Positions 1 to 9,140 of a stretch of 60,130 bases of DNA are shown piece by piece. The stretch spans positions 1-60,130 of the forward strand of contig DCHY01000035.1 of NCBI GenBank assembly GCA_002315715.1, given 5' to 3'. This DNA comes from Clostridiales bacterium UBA1740 (lineage in GTDB: Bacteria > Bacillota > Clostridia > Oscillospirales > CAG-272). Within the stretch, counting starts at the first letter, position 1; every line of letters starts with the position of its first letter. The notes beneath the pieces were generated by a model. It was not told the DNA's origin and made no database searches. It saw only the letters and a list, made by a program, of their open reading frames with translations. The translations under genes and the position numbers were made by a program.

Positions 1-27
1 AAATCTATCTCAAAATATGTCGCTACT

Positions 28-60
28 ACAAAAGGGAGTCATTTGACTCCCTTTTGCTTT
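28..60. terminator. Rho-independent-type hairpin (AAAGGGAGTC-ATTT-GACTCCCTTT) flanked by an A-run and a T-run
   Basis: Perfect 10-bp stem at 31-40/45-54 with an ATTT loop, followed by TTTTGCTTT. Probably terminates a gene upstream of the window. Confidence 0.6.
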
Positions 61-134
61 ATTTTGGCATGATGGGACTGGCTGTATGATATACAGCAGA
101 CGCCCACAATACATATATTCACCACGAAACACGA

Positions 135-170
135 GAAAGGGAGGCTCATTTGAGTCTCCCTTTTGGGTTT
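135..170. terminator. Hairpin terminator downstream of the CotF-like gene, possibly bidirectional
   Basis: AAGGGAGGCTCA-TT-TGAGTCTCCCTT stem followed by TTTTGGGTTT. It lies about 50 nt beyond the stop of the minus-strand gene at 217. Confidence 0.55.
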
Positions 171-216
171 TCATAAGGCTTTTTTCATCCGAATGGAAAG
201 GACAAACAGCGCTTAT

Positions 217-672
217 TTATTGATACATTTGATTGAGTGCCAGATACTGATAGAGTTGTTCGCCGTGATTTTGCTCTTCCTTTTGGATATGACCGAGCAC
301 GTCACGCAGGGATGGTTGCGCAAATTCGAAAATGCCGGTATTGTAAGTCGTGGCAACGTGCTTCTCGGTCGAAAGGGCATCTTGGCAGAGAAAGGCATCG
401 CTCGCACGCTCGTCGGCTTTGCAGGAGGAAGGAAGGCACGAAAACGACTGACTGACGGCGGAGGGCGCCGGGGCAAAATGGACGTTTTCTCCCGCCATGA
501 TGCGGTCGATGGTCTGTTTGTGCGCCATTTCGTTTTGACGGAGCGTTGCAAAAAGGCTCTTTAAGCCTTCGTCGTTCGCCTCCTTTTCGTACCTTTCGTA
601 CTTGTCAATACAGAGTTGTTCTTCCTTCGAAAAGTCATTGAGAAAATCTTTTTCTTTTTGGGTGAGTTCCAT
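217..672 (-). CDS. Spore coat protein F (CotF)-like, ferritin-like four-helix protein
   Basis: 151-aa ORF. ATG at 672 is preceded by AAGGAA. Sequence pattern (EEQLCIDKYERYEKEA... EKHVATTYNTGIFEF... EEQNHGEQLYQYL) resembles Coat_F family proteins. Confidence 0.6.
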   Translation of the reverse strand: MELTQKEKDFLNDFSKEEQLCIDKYERYEKEANDEGLKSLFATLRQNEMAHKQTIDRIMAGENVHFAPAPSAVSQSFSCLPSSCKADERASDAFLCQDALSTEKHVATTYNTGIFEFAQPSLRDVLGHIQKEEQNHGEQLYQYLALNQMYQ

Positions 673-748
673 GTTTTTTTATTCCTTTCTTTTTGGGAAA
701 GGATAACCAAAAAGGGCGTGCTCTATGCAAGCACACCCCAAAAAATCT

Positions 749-1654
749 TTATTTTTGTGCCACCGTGATGAGCGTCAAATCGCCGTTTACTACGACTTCA
801 CCGGCGCCGGCAGGGAATAAAAGAGAGTCGCCGAGTTTCACTTTTTCTCCGTTTACCGTTCCTTCTCCTCCGACAACCGTCATGGCAAGATAGGACTCTT
901 CATCTACGAAAAATGCTTGATTTGCAAACAATTGTTTGTAAAAACGGGTAGTAAAGTAGGAACATTTGCCGATAATCTTGTCGTCGGCTTCCTGCGGCGT
1001 CACCTTGTGATATACGTCAAGATTGGCGACTTTCATGGCTTTTTCCACGTGGAGAGGACGGAGGTTCCCGTCCTTATCCCGGCGGTTGTAATCATAGACG
1101 CGGTAGGTAAGGTCGCTGTTTTGCTGCACTTCGTAAAGCAACACGCCGCCGCCGATGGCGTGCAGGGTTCCTGCCGGGATGAAGAAAACGTCAAAGGGTT
1201 TGACCGGCACGAAGGATAACAAATCTTCCACCGTTCCGTCTTCGATATGCTTTTGAAAATCGTCGGCACTCGTCGGCTTCTGTAAGCCCATGTAAAGACC
1301 GGCGCCCGGCTCCGCCTCGAGAATGATCCACATCTCGGTTTTGCCGTAGGAATTTTCGTATTTGAGCGCGTATTCGTCCGACGGATGTACCTGGACCGAG
1401 AGATTTTCCTTGGCGTCGATGAATTTCGTCAAAACGGGAAAGCGCTCGTAGTTTTGGCAAAGCGTGCCCCACGTTTCTTTCGGGAACACTTCCGTCAGGA
1501 GTTTTCCGTCCGCCTTGGCAACGCCCCCGTCGGTAAAGGAAATTTCCCAAGATTCGGCGATTCTTTCGTCGCTTTCGGTTTTGCCGTATTTTTTGAGTTT
1601 ATAGCCGCCCCACAAACGGTCGGATTTGGCGGGCGTAATCATCAAAGGTTTCAT
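749..1654 (-). CDS. manA: Mannose-6-phosphate isomerase, class I (Firmicute type)
   Basis: MKPLMITPAKSDRLWGG..., SVQVHPSDEYA and GTLHAIG cupin/zinc motifs. Internal ATG at 1654 is preceded by GAGGTCC; the 5' ORF extension is unlikely to be coding. Confidence 0.85.
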   Translation of the reverse strand: MKPLMITPAKSDRLWGGYKLKKYGKTESDERIAESWEISFTDGGVAKADGKLLTEVFPKETWGTLCQNYERFPVLTKFIDAKENLSVQVHPSDEYALKYENSYGKTEMWIILEAEPGAGLYMGLQKPTSADDFQKHIEDGTVEDLLSFVPVKPFDVFFIPAGTLHAIGGGVLLYEVQQNSDLTYRVYDYNRRDKDGNLRPLHVEKAMKVANLDVYHKVTPQEADDKIIGKCSYFTTRFYKQLFANQAFFVDEESYLAMTVVGGEGTVNGEKVKLGDSLLFPAGAGEVVVNGDLTLITVAQK

Positions 1655-1830
1655 AAGGACCTCGCAGTTTTTTCTCTTAGTATAGCACGCGCGGCGGCGG
1701 TTTGTCAACGCGCGGGAAGTTATTTATAAAAAATTCGCGCGACGTGTTTCTTTTTTATTTTTTTTATGTTATACTATAAGGGTATTGTAAGATAGGGGCA
1801 GTATCCCTGCTCCGTGGAGGTACTCGGAAA

Positions 1831-2937
1831 ATGGCAAATACAGAAGAGAAAAACGCGCTCTGCGCCTCTCGCATGAACAAGGTCGGCGGTCAAGCCGTCA
1901 TGGAAGGCGTCATGATGAAGGCAGGAGACAGAACCGTCACCACCTGTCGCAAAGAAGACGGTTCGCTCGTCGTTTTCGACGACGTTTTCACGTCGGTCCG
2001 CAAAAAACATAAGATTCTTAATCTTCCTCTCATCCGCGGCGTCGTCAACTTCGTGGAGATGATGAAACTTTCCATCAAAACGATGGAATCCTCCGCCGAA
2101 GCCCTCGGCATTGAGGAAGAAGAAACCAAGTTCGAAATCTGGATGAAAAAGCACCTCGGTTTGAAACTCACCGACGTCGTCATGGTGATTGCCACCGTTC
2201 TCGGCGTGCTTTTGTCCCTCGGTCTTTTCCTCGCTTTGCCTCGCGCCGTCGCTTCTCTGATTCCGAATCTCGAGAATTATCCCGTTTATAAATCGCTCGT
2301 CGAAGGCGGCAGCAAAGTCGTCATTTTCCTTCTCTATCTCTTCTTGATTTCTCTCGTGCCGGACATCAAACGCGTTTTCATGTATCACGGCGCGGAGCAT
2401 AAATCGATTGCCTGCTTTGAGGCAGGAGGGGAACTGACGCCCGAAAACGCCAAAAACTACACCCGCTTTCATCCCCGTTGCGGCACAAGTTTCATGTTCT
2501 TCATGATTCTCATCGGCGTTGTTGTCGGTATTTTTATCAACACGCTCTGGCCGGGACTTCCAAACGCCGCCTACGTCGGCATTCGTCTGTTGCTTTTGCC
2601 CCTCGTCGTCGGCATAGGATACGAGTTTATTCTCTACGCCGGCAAGCATTGTAATCTCTTTACCCGCGCCCTTTCCGCGCCCGGCCTTTGGGTACAGCGC
2701 TTGACCACCAAAGAGCCCGAACTCGATATGCTTGAGGTCGCCATCACGTCCATCAAGGTGGCTCTGCGCGACTCCGATCCCGCGTTTATGGCGTTCTATG
2801 AAGAAAAAGGTTGGGAGAAAAAAGAAGCGGCGCCCGATGCCGCCGATGCGGATGCCGTCGCTCTTGAAGAGACACAAAACGGCGAAGACGTCGAACCTGC
2901 CGAACCTGTTTTGGACGATCGAAAGACGCTTGAGTAA
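1831..2937 (+). CDS. DUF1385-family membrane protein (conserved prmC neighbour)
   Basis: GGQAVMEGVMM and YHGAEHK motifs, several TM segments, GGAGG 10 nt upstream of the ATG. It sits directly upstream of prmC, as in many Firmicutes. Confidence 0.8.
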   Translation: MANTEEKNALCASRMNKVGGQAVMEGVMMKAGDRTVTTCRKEDGSLVVFDDVFTSVRKKHKILNLPLIRGVVNFVEMMKLSIKTMESSAEALGIEEEETKFEIWMKKHLGLKLTDVVMVIATVLGVLLSLGLFLALPRAVASLIPNLENYPVYKSLVEGGSKVVIFLLYLFLISLVPDIKRVFMYHGAEHKSIACFEAGGELTPENAKNYTRFHPRCGTSFMFFMILIGVVVGIFINTLWPGLPNAAYVGIRLLLLPLVVGIGYEFILYAGKHCNLFTRALSAPGLWVQRLTTKEPELDMLEVAITSIKVALRDSDPAFMAFYEEKGWEKKEAAPDAADADAVALEETQNGEDVEPAEPVLDDRKTLE

Positions 2938-2940
2938 ACC

Positions 2941-3750
2941 ATGAAGCGTAAAGAAGTCGAAAAACTGTTTGAGGGGGTCGGTATCGAGGACGCCGCCTTT
3001 GAGGCGTTTGCCCTTTTCCGTGCCTTTGGTTGTTCCGACGTGCAAATCCTCACGGACAATCCCGACTTGACGGATGAAAAATTTCTCAAAGCGGTGCAAA
3101 GGCGCGCCACCCGCGTTCCCCTTGCCTACGTACTCGGGCAAGCGGATTTTTACCGCGAATGCTATTTCGTGGATGAAAACTGCTTAGTTCCCCGCATGGA
3201 TACCGAGGTGCTCGTCGACTACGCCGTCAAACATATGGAAAAAGGCGCACGTTTTGCCGATCTGTGTACCGGCAGCGGCTGTATTGCCGTTTCGGTACTG
3301 CTTCATACGGAAAATACCACGGCGTATGCCGCAGATATTTCGGACGGCGCGCTTCGGGTAGCGAAAAAGAACGCCGAACGATACGGCGTTTCGAATAGAT
3401 TGACTCTCGTCCGCGAAGACGTTTTGCAAACCCAACCGAAAGAGAAGTTTTTCGCGGTCTTATCCAACCCCCCCTACGTCAAAGACGACGTGTACGAAAC
3501 CCTATCGCCCGAGGTGAAAAACGAACCTCGCGCCGCTTTCGTCGGCGGTGCCGACGGCATGGATTTTTACCGTGCCATCGTCGGACGTTATCACGACGCT
3601 TTACTTCCGCAGGGCTTTTTCGCCTTTGAAATCGGCTTTGACCAAAGCGACGCCATCCGAAAAGTCGCGAGCGATTTCGGCTTTTCCTGCGAGATCATCA
3701 ACGATCTCGGCGGCCGTGTGCGGGTTGCCGTTTTGAAATTGGCGCAGTAA
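2941..3750 (+). CDS. prmC: Release-factor glutamine N5-methyltransferase PrmC/HemK
   Basis: SAM-binding DLCTGSGCIA and the catalytic NPPY motif (LSNPPYV). 269 aa. Confidence 0.9.
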   Translation: MKRKEVEKLFEGVGIEDAAFEAFALFRAFGCSDVQILTDNPDLTDEKFLKAVQRRATRVPLAYVLGQADFYRECYFVDENCLVPRMDTEVLVDYAVKHMEKGARFADLCTGSGCIAVSVLLHTENTTAYAADISDGALRVAKKNAERYGVSNRLTLVREDVLQTQPKEKFFAVLSNPPYVKDDVYETLSPEVKNEPRAAFVGGADGMDFYRAIVGRYHDALLPQGFFAFEIGFDQSDAIRKVASDFGFSCEIINDLGGRVRVAVLKLAQ

Positions 3751-3800
3751 CCCTCCTTCCCCATCTCCATATACTTCGATTGATGGAAGGGGGAGAAATC

Positions 3801-4847
3801 ATGTTAACATTGGCAGTCCTATTCGGCGGCAGGGGAACCGAACACGACGTTTCGTGCAAGTCCGCCGCCGCGGTATTATCGCATATTTCCCGCACGCGTT
3901 TTCGCGTCATTCCCGTCGGCATCGACAGACAAGGGAATTGTTGGCTCACAGACGCCGCCGGCGAAAAGATTTCCGACGGCAGTTGGGAAACCGACGGGCA
4001 AAAACGATGGACGTTCCCGGTCCGCATAGACGGCAAGGGCGTCTTTCAAACCCAAGAGGGCACCCTCGACGTTGACGTCGTTTTGCCGATTTTGCACGGC
4101 GATTGCGGGGAAGACGGCAAATGGCAGGGACTTTTCGAGACGGTCGGGATTCCCTACGTCGGGGCGGATGCGTTGTGCGGCGCGCTCTGTTTTGATAAAG
4201 TGTTGACCAAACGCCTGGCCGAGCAGTTGCATATCCCCGTCGTCCCTTGGCTGTCTTTCGCGCCCGACGCGTCTTTCGATACCCTGAAAAGCCGCGTCAA
4301 GGAAAAATTCGGGAAACGTCCTTTTCCGCTGTTTGTCAAACCGTCCTCTCTCGGCAGTTCCATCGGAGGCGCCAAAGTGCGCACGTTCTCCGCTCTGTTT
4401 GCGGCGTTTCAAAATGCCGCTTCTTACGGGGAAGTATTGGTGGAAGACTACGTCGCCAAAAAACGGGAAATCGAGGTTGCCTATCTCGACGGCGATTTGC
4501 CGCTTTTCTCCAAACCCGGTGAAATTCGCTCGAAACACGGCTTTTACGATTACCGTGAAAAATATGAAAAACCGACCGCCAAAATAGGTTTGGCACGGTT
4601 AAACGGGCAAACCGAAGAACGGCTTTACCGTTATGCAAAACAACTGCTTTTGCCGTTACACCTGCGCGACTTATGCCGCTTCGATTTCTTTTTGACGCAA
4701 GACGGCAGGCTCTATTTCAACGAAATCAACACGATGCCGGGGATGACCTTTGTCAGTCTGTATCCGAAACTGTTAAAGGAAGCCGGACTGTCCATGGAAG
4801 CCCTCATCGAGCGGTGGGTGGCACTCGCACGTGGTCGGCGTGTTTGA
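3801..4847 (+). CDS. ddl: D-alanine--D-alanine ligase
   Basis: MLTLAVLFGGRGTEHDVS N-terminus, ATP-grasp body, FNEINTMPGMT near the C-terminus. ATG at 3801 has AGGGGGAG upstream; the TTG/ATG at 3780/3783 are less likely starts. Confidence 0.9.
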   Translation: MLTLAVLFGGRGTEHDVSCKSAAAVLSHISRTRFRVIPVGIDRQGNCWLTDAAGEKISDGSWETDGQKRWTFPVRIDGKGVFQTQEGTLDVDVVLPILHGDCGEDGKWQGLFETVGIPYVGADALCGALCFDKVLTKRLAEQLHIPVVPWLSFAPDASFDTLKSRVKEKFGKRPFPLFVKPSSLGSSIGGAKVRTFSALFAAFQNAASYGEVLVEDYVAKKREIEVAYLDGDLPLFSKPGEIRSKHGFYDYREKYEKPTAKIGLARLNGQTEERLYRYAKQLLLPLHLRDLCRFDFFLTQDGRLYFNEINTMPGMTFVSLYPKLLKEAGLSMEALIERWVALARGRRV

Positions 4848-5523
4848 CAGCGGCAGGGGCGGTGCCCTCGCCGTCACGACTCTGCACCGCAAACTCCCCC
4901 GTGCGGATATCGCCTTTTTCGGCGATTTCCAAAACGCGCCCTACGGTACCAAAACCGAAGCGCAACTTATCACTCTGATTCAAAAAGACGTCGACAGACT
5001 CAAAACCGTCGGCAGCGTGCATATCCTGTCCGCTTGCTGTACGGCAAGCAGTCTTATTCATAAATTACCCCCTTCGTATCGGGACAGTTGCTTTTCCATC
5101 ATCCCTCCAACTGTAAACGTTGCTTTACAAAAAACCAAAAATCGCCGTATCGGCGTTCTGGCAACGTTGGCGACGGTGCGCTCCCACGTTTTTCAAAACG
5201 AAATGCAAAAAGCGGCACCCGACGTTCTCACCCTCGAGATTCCGGCGCAAAGTCTCGTCACCCTTGCCGAGGGCGGGAAAACCGACAAAGACGACGTGGA
5301 CGTCAAGCGCGCCTGCCGTCTGTGTGCCATGGCGTTCGGGACGTTCGGCATGGACACTCTGATTCTCGGTTGCACGCATTTTCCCTTGTTTTCCGGGGCT
5401 CTCTCTTCGTTCTTTCCGAACGTCAGTTTCGTCTCCTCGGTGGAAGCCGGCGTTTGCGCCTTTACGGAAACGCTGAGCGAAGACGAAAAAAACGGGAGCG
5501 GTAAGCTCCGATCTTTATCGTGA
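4831..5523 (+). CDS. murI: Glutamate racemase (divergent and short)
   Basis: GVFDSGRGG, FGDFQNAPYGTK and LILGCTHFPL motifs. GTG start overlaps the ddl stop by 17 nt. Signature 1 reads SACCTAS instead of ACNTAS (see findings). Confidence 0.8.
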   Translation: MVGVFDSGRGGALAVTTLHRKLPRADIAFFGDFQNAPYGTKTEAQLITLIQKDVDRLKTVGSVHILSACCTASSLIHKLPPSYRDSCFSIIPPTVNVALQKTKNRRIGVLATLATVRSHVFQNEMQKAAPDVLTLEIPAQSLVTLAEGGKTDKDDVDVKRACRLCAMAFGTFGMDTLILGCTHFPLFSGALSSFFPNVSFVSSVEAGVCAFTETLSEDEKNGSGKLRSLS

Positions 5524-5548
5524 TATTAAAAAAAGAGGAATATAAAAA

Positions 5549-5914
5549 ATGTCAAAGTATCGCAGAGGCAGAATCAACGATGCCGTAGCCGAAGAACTTG
5601 CCATTGCGCTTCGCGAAGTTCGCGATCCGCGCATTGTCATGAACTTCGTCAGCATCACAAGAGCGGAAGTAGCGGGGGATCTCAGAGATGCCACCGTTTA
5701 CTATTCCTGCATGGAAAACGACGCGGAAGTCGCCGAGGGACTCAAGAAGGTCACGGGACTTCTCCGTCACCACTTGGCGGTGGAACTCAATCTCCGTATC
5801 ACCCCGGAACTTCACTTTGTGAAGGACGGTTCCATGGCACACGGTGCGAGAATCGCCGAGATTTTGAAGGAACTTGAACAAAAAGACGAAAAGAAAACGG
5901 AGAAGGAAAACTGA
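5549..5914 (+). CDS. rbfA: Ribosome-binding factor A
   Basis: 121 aa, RINDAVAEELAIALREVRDPR... typical RbfA KH-like sequence. AGAGGAA RBS. Confidence 0.9.
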   Translation: MSKYRRGRINDAVAEELAIALREVRDPRIVMNFVSITRAEVAGDLRDATVYYSCMENDAEVAEGLKKVTGLLRHHLAVELNLRITPELHFVKDGSMAHGARIAEILKELEQKDEKKTEKEN

Positions 5915-6885
5915 TGCGCGCCTATTCAATTGAGGGAATGGGAGATGCGCTTTTGTCGGTATTGCACCCTCTCATCGTGACCCACGCAAGACCGGACGGC
6001 GATACGGTTGCGGCTTGTGCCGCCCTTTGCCACTTTTACCGTGACAGAGGAACCCCCGTCGCTTACGCCTCCGAAGAAGAAATTCCGAAGCGGTTGCAGT
6101 TCTTGTTGAACGGCTTTGAACGCGCGACGGATTTCACCGACTATACCCCCATCACGGTCGACGTGGCTTCGCCGGGACAACTCGGTTTGCTTGCCGAGCC
6201 TTTGAAAGACGGCAGAGCCGTACGCTACATGATCGACCATCACGCGACGGGGCGTCCGTTCGCGCCGGGACTTATCATCCCCGATGCCTCCAGTGCCGCC
6301 GAAGTCATTTTTCTGATTTTCGAGAGCATGGAAGCCAAGAAAAAAATGAAAATCACCACCGAAATCGCCGGCGCGCTTTACGCCGGAATGAGTTCGGACA
6401 CCGGTTGCTTCCGTTATTCCAACGCCACCCCCCGCACCCACAGAGCGGCGGCGCGTTTGCTCGCCGGTCATATCGACGGCGCCGAAATCAACCGTTTGCT
6501 TTTTGATGCGAAAACGGACGAGCAGATCCGTGCGGAAGGCTTGATTGCCGAACGTTTGGTTTCCGCCGGTGACGGCATCACCTACGCCACCTTGACCAAG
6601 GCGGAGCGCGACGGTTTCGGTTTGTCGTTTGCCGATTTTGAAACCGCCATCGATATCGTCCGCTCTCTTGAGGGCACCGAGATCGCCATGGTTGCCAAAG
6701 AGACCGAAACGCCGGGAGAATACCGCGTTTCCATGCGCAGCACCGGCTTTGACGTTTCGTCGGTCGCCGCCGCGTTTGAAGGCGGAGGGCACGTAAGAGC
6801 CGCCGGCTGTACGGTTGTGGCAAACACGCCGAAGGAAGCCGCCGAGCAAGTGCTTGCGGTCATTCGGGACAAACTGAAAAAATAA
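5914..6885 (+). CDS. nrnA: DHH/DHHA1 phosphoesterase (NrnA-type oligoribonuclease / pAp phosphatase)
   Basis: HARPDGDT, MIDHHATG (DHH) and C-terminal FEGGGHVRAAG (DHHA1) motifs. ATG overlaps the rbfA stop (TGATG). Confidence 0.85.
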   Translation: MRAYSIEGMGDALLSVLHPLIVTHARPDGDTVAACAALCHFYRDRGTPVAYASEEEIPKRLQFLLNGFERATDFTDYTPITVDVASPGQLGLLAEPLKDGRAVRYMIDHHATGRPFAPGLIIPDASSAAEVIFLIFESMEAKKKMKITTEIAGALYAGMSSDTGCFRYSNATPRTHRAAARLLAGHIDGAEINRLLFDAKTDEQIRAEGLIAERLVSAGDGITYATLTKAERDGFGLSFADFETAIDIVRSLEGTEIAMVAKETETPGEYRVSMRSTGFDVSSVAAAFEGGGHVRAAGCTVVANTPKEAAEQVLAVIRDKLKK

Positions 6886-6895
6886 GGAGAGGGAT

Positions 6896-7348
6896 ATGGG
6901 CGAAATTCGGGTTTTGCAAGAGCGGGACGCTGCCGCCGTCGAAGAGATGGAACAATCCGTTTTTTCCGATGCCTACGGCAAGCAGACCGTCAAAACGTCG
7001 ATATCGGCCCCTTACGCCCTTTGTCTCGGTCTGTTTGAGGGCGAGCGGCTTCTCGGGTACCTGCTCGGAACGGTGATAAAACCGGAAGCGGAATTGCTTC
7101 GCATTGCCGTATCCGCCGCCTACCGTCAAAACGGATGCGGCGCGGCATTGCTCAATCGGTTTTTGTCGGACGCCGCATCGCGCGGTGCCGATTGCGTGTT
7201 CTTGGAAGTGAGAAAGGACAACGCTCCCGCCGTCGGTCTTTACCGCAAAGCGGGCTTTCAATTGCTCTCCGAGAGAAAAAATTATTATCAAAATCCGACG
7301 GCAGACGCCCTTGTCATGCGTCGCATTTTGGGAGAACGTGAAACATGA
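6896..7348 (+). CDS. rimI: Ribosomal-protein-alanine N-acetyltransferase (GNAT)
   Basis: 150-aa GNAT with YRQNGCGAALL acetyl-CoA motif. Conserved rimI-tsaD adjacency with ATGA overlap. Confidence 0.8.
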   Translation: MGEIRVLQERDAAAVEEMEQSVFSDAYGKQTVKTSISAPYALCLGLFEGERLLGYLLGTVIKPEAELLRIAVSAAYRQNGCGAALLNRFLSDAASRGADCVFLEVRKDNAPAVGLYRKAGFQLLSERKNYYQNPTADALVMRRILGERET

Positions 7349-8421
7349 ACATTTTGGCTTTTGAGAGTTCCTGCGACGAAACCGCCGCGGCGGTGGTACA
7401 AAGAGAAAACGAACGGTTTTCGGTATTGTCGAATGTCGTAGCTTCTCAAATTGATATTCATAAACTGTACGGCGGTGTCGTTCCCGAAATCGCGGGACGC
7501 GCTCATATCGAGGCGGTTTCCCGTATCACCTACGAGGCACTCGAGGCGGCAAAGATCACACTGTCCGACGTCGATCTTATCGCGGTAACGGCACAACCCG
7601 GCCTTATCGGCGCGCTTCTCGTCGCCGTGAATTTTGCCAAATCTTTGGCAGTGGCAAACGGTATTCCCTTCGTCGCCGTTGACCATATCAAAGGGCATAT
7701 CGCCGCTTCGTATCTTTTGGCACAAACCCCGAAACCGCCGTTTCTCGGTCTTGCCGCCTCGGGCGGACATACGGCGCTTTACCGCGTTTCCACTTTCACC
7801 GATTACGCCGTCATCGGCACGACGCGCGACGACGCCATCGGCGAATCTTTCGACAAAATCGGCAGACTTCTCGGCATTCCGTATCCTGCCGGTGCCGGCT
7901 TTGACGCGCTCGCCGAAGAAGGCTTTATCCAGGCGACGGGGGACAAAGAAAACTTCTACCGCCTTTACAAAAAGAGTGCGGCGTATAAGGATTCCGAAAT
8001 GCGCCTGCCTTCCCCGGCACTGAAGGACGGTTCTTTTGATTTCTCGTTCTCGGGACTCAAGACCGCCGCCATCAATTATCTCCATCGCAAAGAGGAGAAA
8101 AAAGAAGAAATCGACCGCGCGCTTTTTGCCGCACGGTATACCTATGAAGCCGTGGAAGCCGTCGCTATGCAGGCGGATGCGGCACTTTCCGCCAATCCCG
8201 GCACGGCGCTTGCCGTCGCCGGCGGTGTCGCCGCCAATTCGCATCTGCGTCGCCGTTTGGCAGAGATAGCGAACAAGCACGGCGTCACGCTTTACGTGCC
8301 GGAAATTCGCTATTGCGGCGACAATGCCGCGATGATTGCGGCACAGGGCTACTACGAATATGCGGCAGGAAACCGAGCCGACGCAGCCCTCAACGCCAGC
8401 GCCATTGACAGCATCAACTGA
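7345..8421 (+). CDS. tsaD: tRNA N6-adenosine threonylcarbamoyltransferase TsaD
   Basis: ILAFESSCDETAAAV N-terminus, metal-binding VDHIKGHI motif, GGVAANSHLR. Confidence 0.95.
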   Translation: MNILAFESSCDETAAAVVQRENERFSVLSNVVASQIDIHKLYGGVVPEIAGRAHIEAVSRITYEALEAAKITLSDVDLIAVTAQPGLIGALLVAVNFAKSLAVANGIPFVAVDHIKGHIAASYLLAQTPKPPFLGLAASGGHTALYRVSTFTDYAVIGTTRDDAIGESFDKIGRLLGIPYPAGAGFDALAEEGFIQATGDKENFYRLYKKSAAYKDSEMRLPSPALKDGSFDFSFSGLKTAAINYLHRKEEKKEEIDRALFAARYTYEAVEAVAMQADAALSANPGTALAVAGGVAANSHLRRRLAEIANKHGVTLYVPEIRYCGDNAAMIAAQGYYEYAAGNRADAALNASAIDSIN

Positions 8422-8432
8422 AAGGACACAGT

Positions 8433-9140
8433 ATGGAAAGTCTTGACAAAATCCCGGGCATTTACGACCGCAAAGAAACCTTGACGGCACCGATTGACGT
8501 TCCCTCCGTCGTCATCAAGCGCCTGCCCCGTTATCACCGCTATCTCGGCGATTTGCTCCGCACAGGAAAACTGCGCATTTCCTCGGTGGAACTCGCGCAT
8601 CTGATGAACGTCACGGCGTCGCAGATTCGCCACGACTTGAACTGTTTCGGCGGCTTCGGTCAGCAAGGTTACGGATATAACGTCAAAACCCTTCACGCCA
8701 AAATCGGAGAACTTTTGGGCACCGAGGAGCATTATACCGCCGTCATCGTCGGCGCCGGCAACCTCGGACGGGCTTTGGCATCCACCCATATGTTTGAACG
8801 CCGCGGCGTGGACCGCGTGGCACTTTTTGACGTTTGCCCCGACATCGTGGGCACCGAGATTTACGGCATTCCCGTTTATCACGCGGACACGCTTGAAGAT
8901 TTTTGCCGAGAGCACGAGATTGACATCGGCGTTTTGACGGTACCGAAAGAAGCGGCATACGGCGTGACGGCGGCATTGATTGCCGGCGGCGTGCGCGGCA
9001 TTTGGAACTTTGCCAACATGGAACTGAAACTCGAAAATTCCGACGTCAAGGTGGAGAATATCCATCTCGGCGATTCTTTGATGAAACTCTGTTACGACAT
9101 GAAAGTCGAAAAAGATCACAAAAAAGGCAGTCAAACATGA
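8433..9140 (+). CDS. rex: Redox-sensing transcriptional repressor Rex
   Basis: N-terminal winged helix (VIKRLPRYHRYL, SSVELA...ASQIRHDL) plus Rossmann VGAGNLGRAL. Confidence 0.9.
   Translation: MESLDKIPGIYDRKETLTAPIDVPSVVIKRLPRYHRYLGDLLRTGKLRISSVELAHLMNVTASQIRHDLNCFGGFGQQGYGYNVKTLHAKIGELLGTEEHYTAVIVGAGNLGRALASTHMFERRGVDRVALFDVCPDIVGTEIYGIPVYHADTLEDFCREHEIDIGVLTVPKEAAYGVTAALIAGGVRGIWNFANMELKLENSDVKVENIHLGDSLMKLCYDMKVEKDHKKGSQT

Noticed and set aside
60-135. A 34-codon minus-strand mini-ORF (MYCGRLLYIIQPVPSCQNKAKGSQMTPFCSSDIF) between the two hairpins at the window start.
   Set aside because: It has a poor RBS, runs through a terminator stem and has no recognisable features. Indistinguishable from chance.
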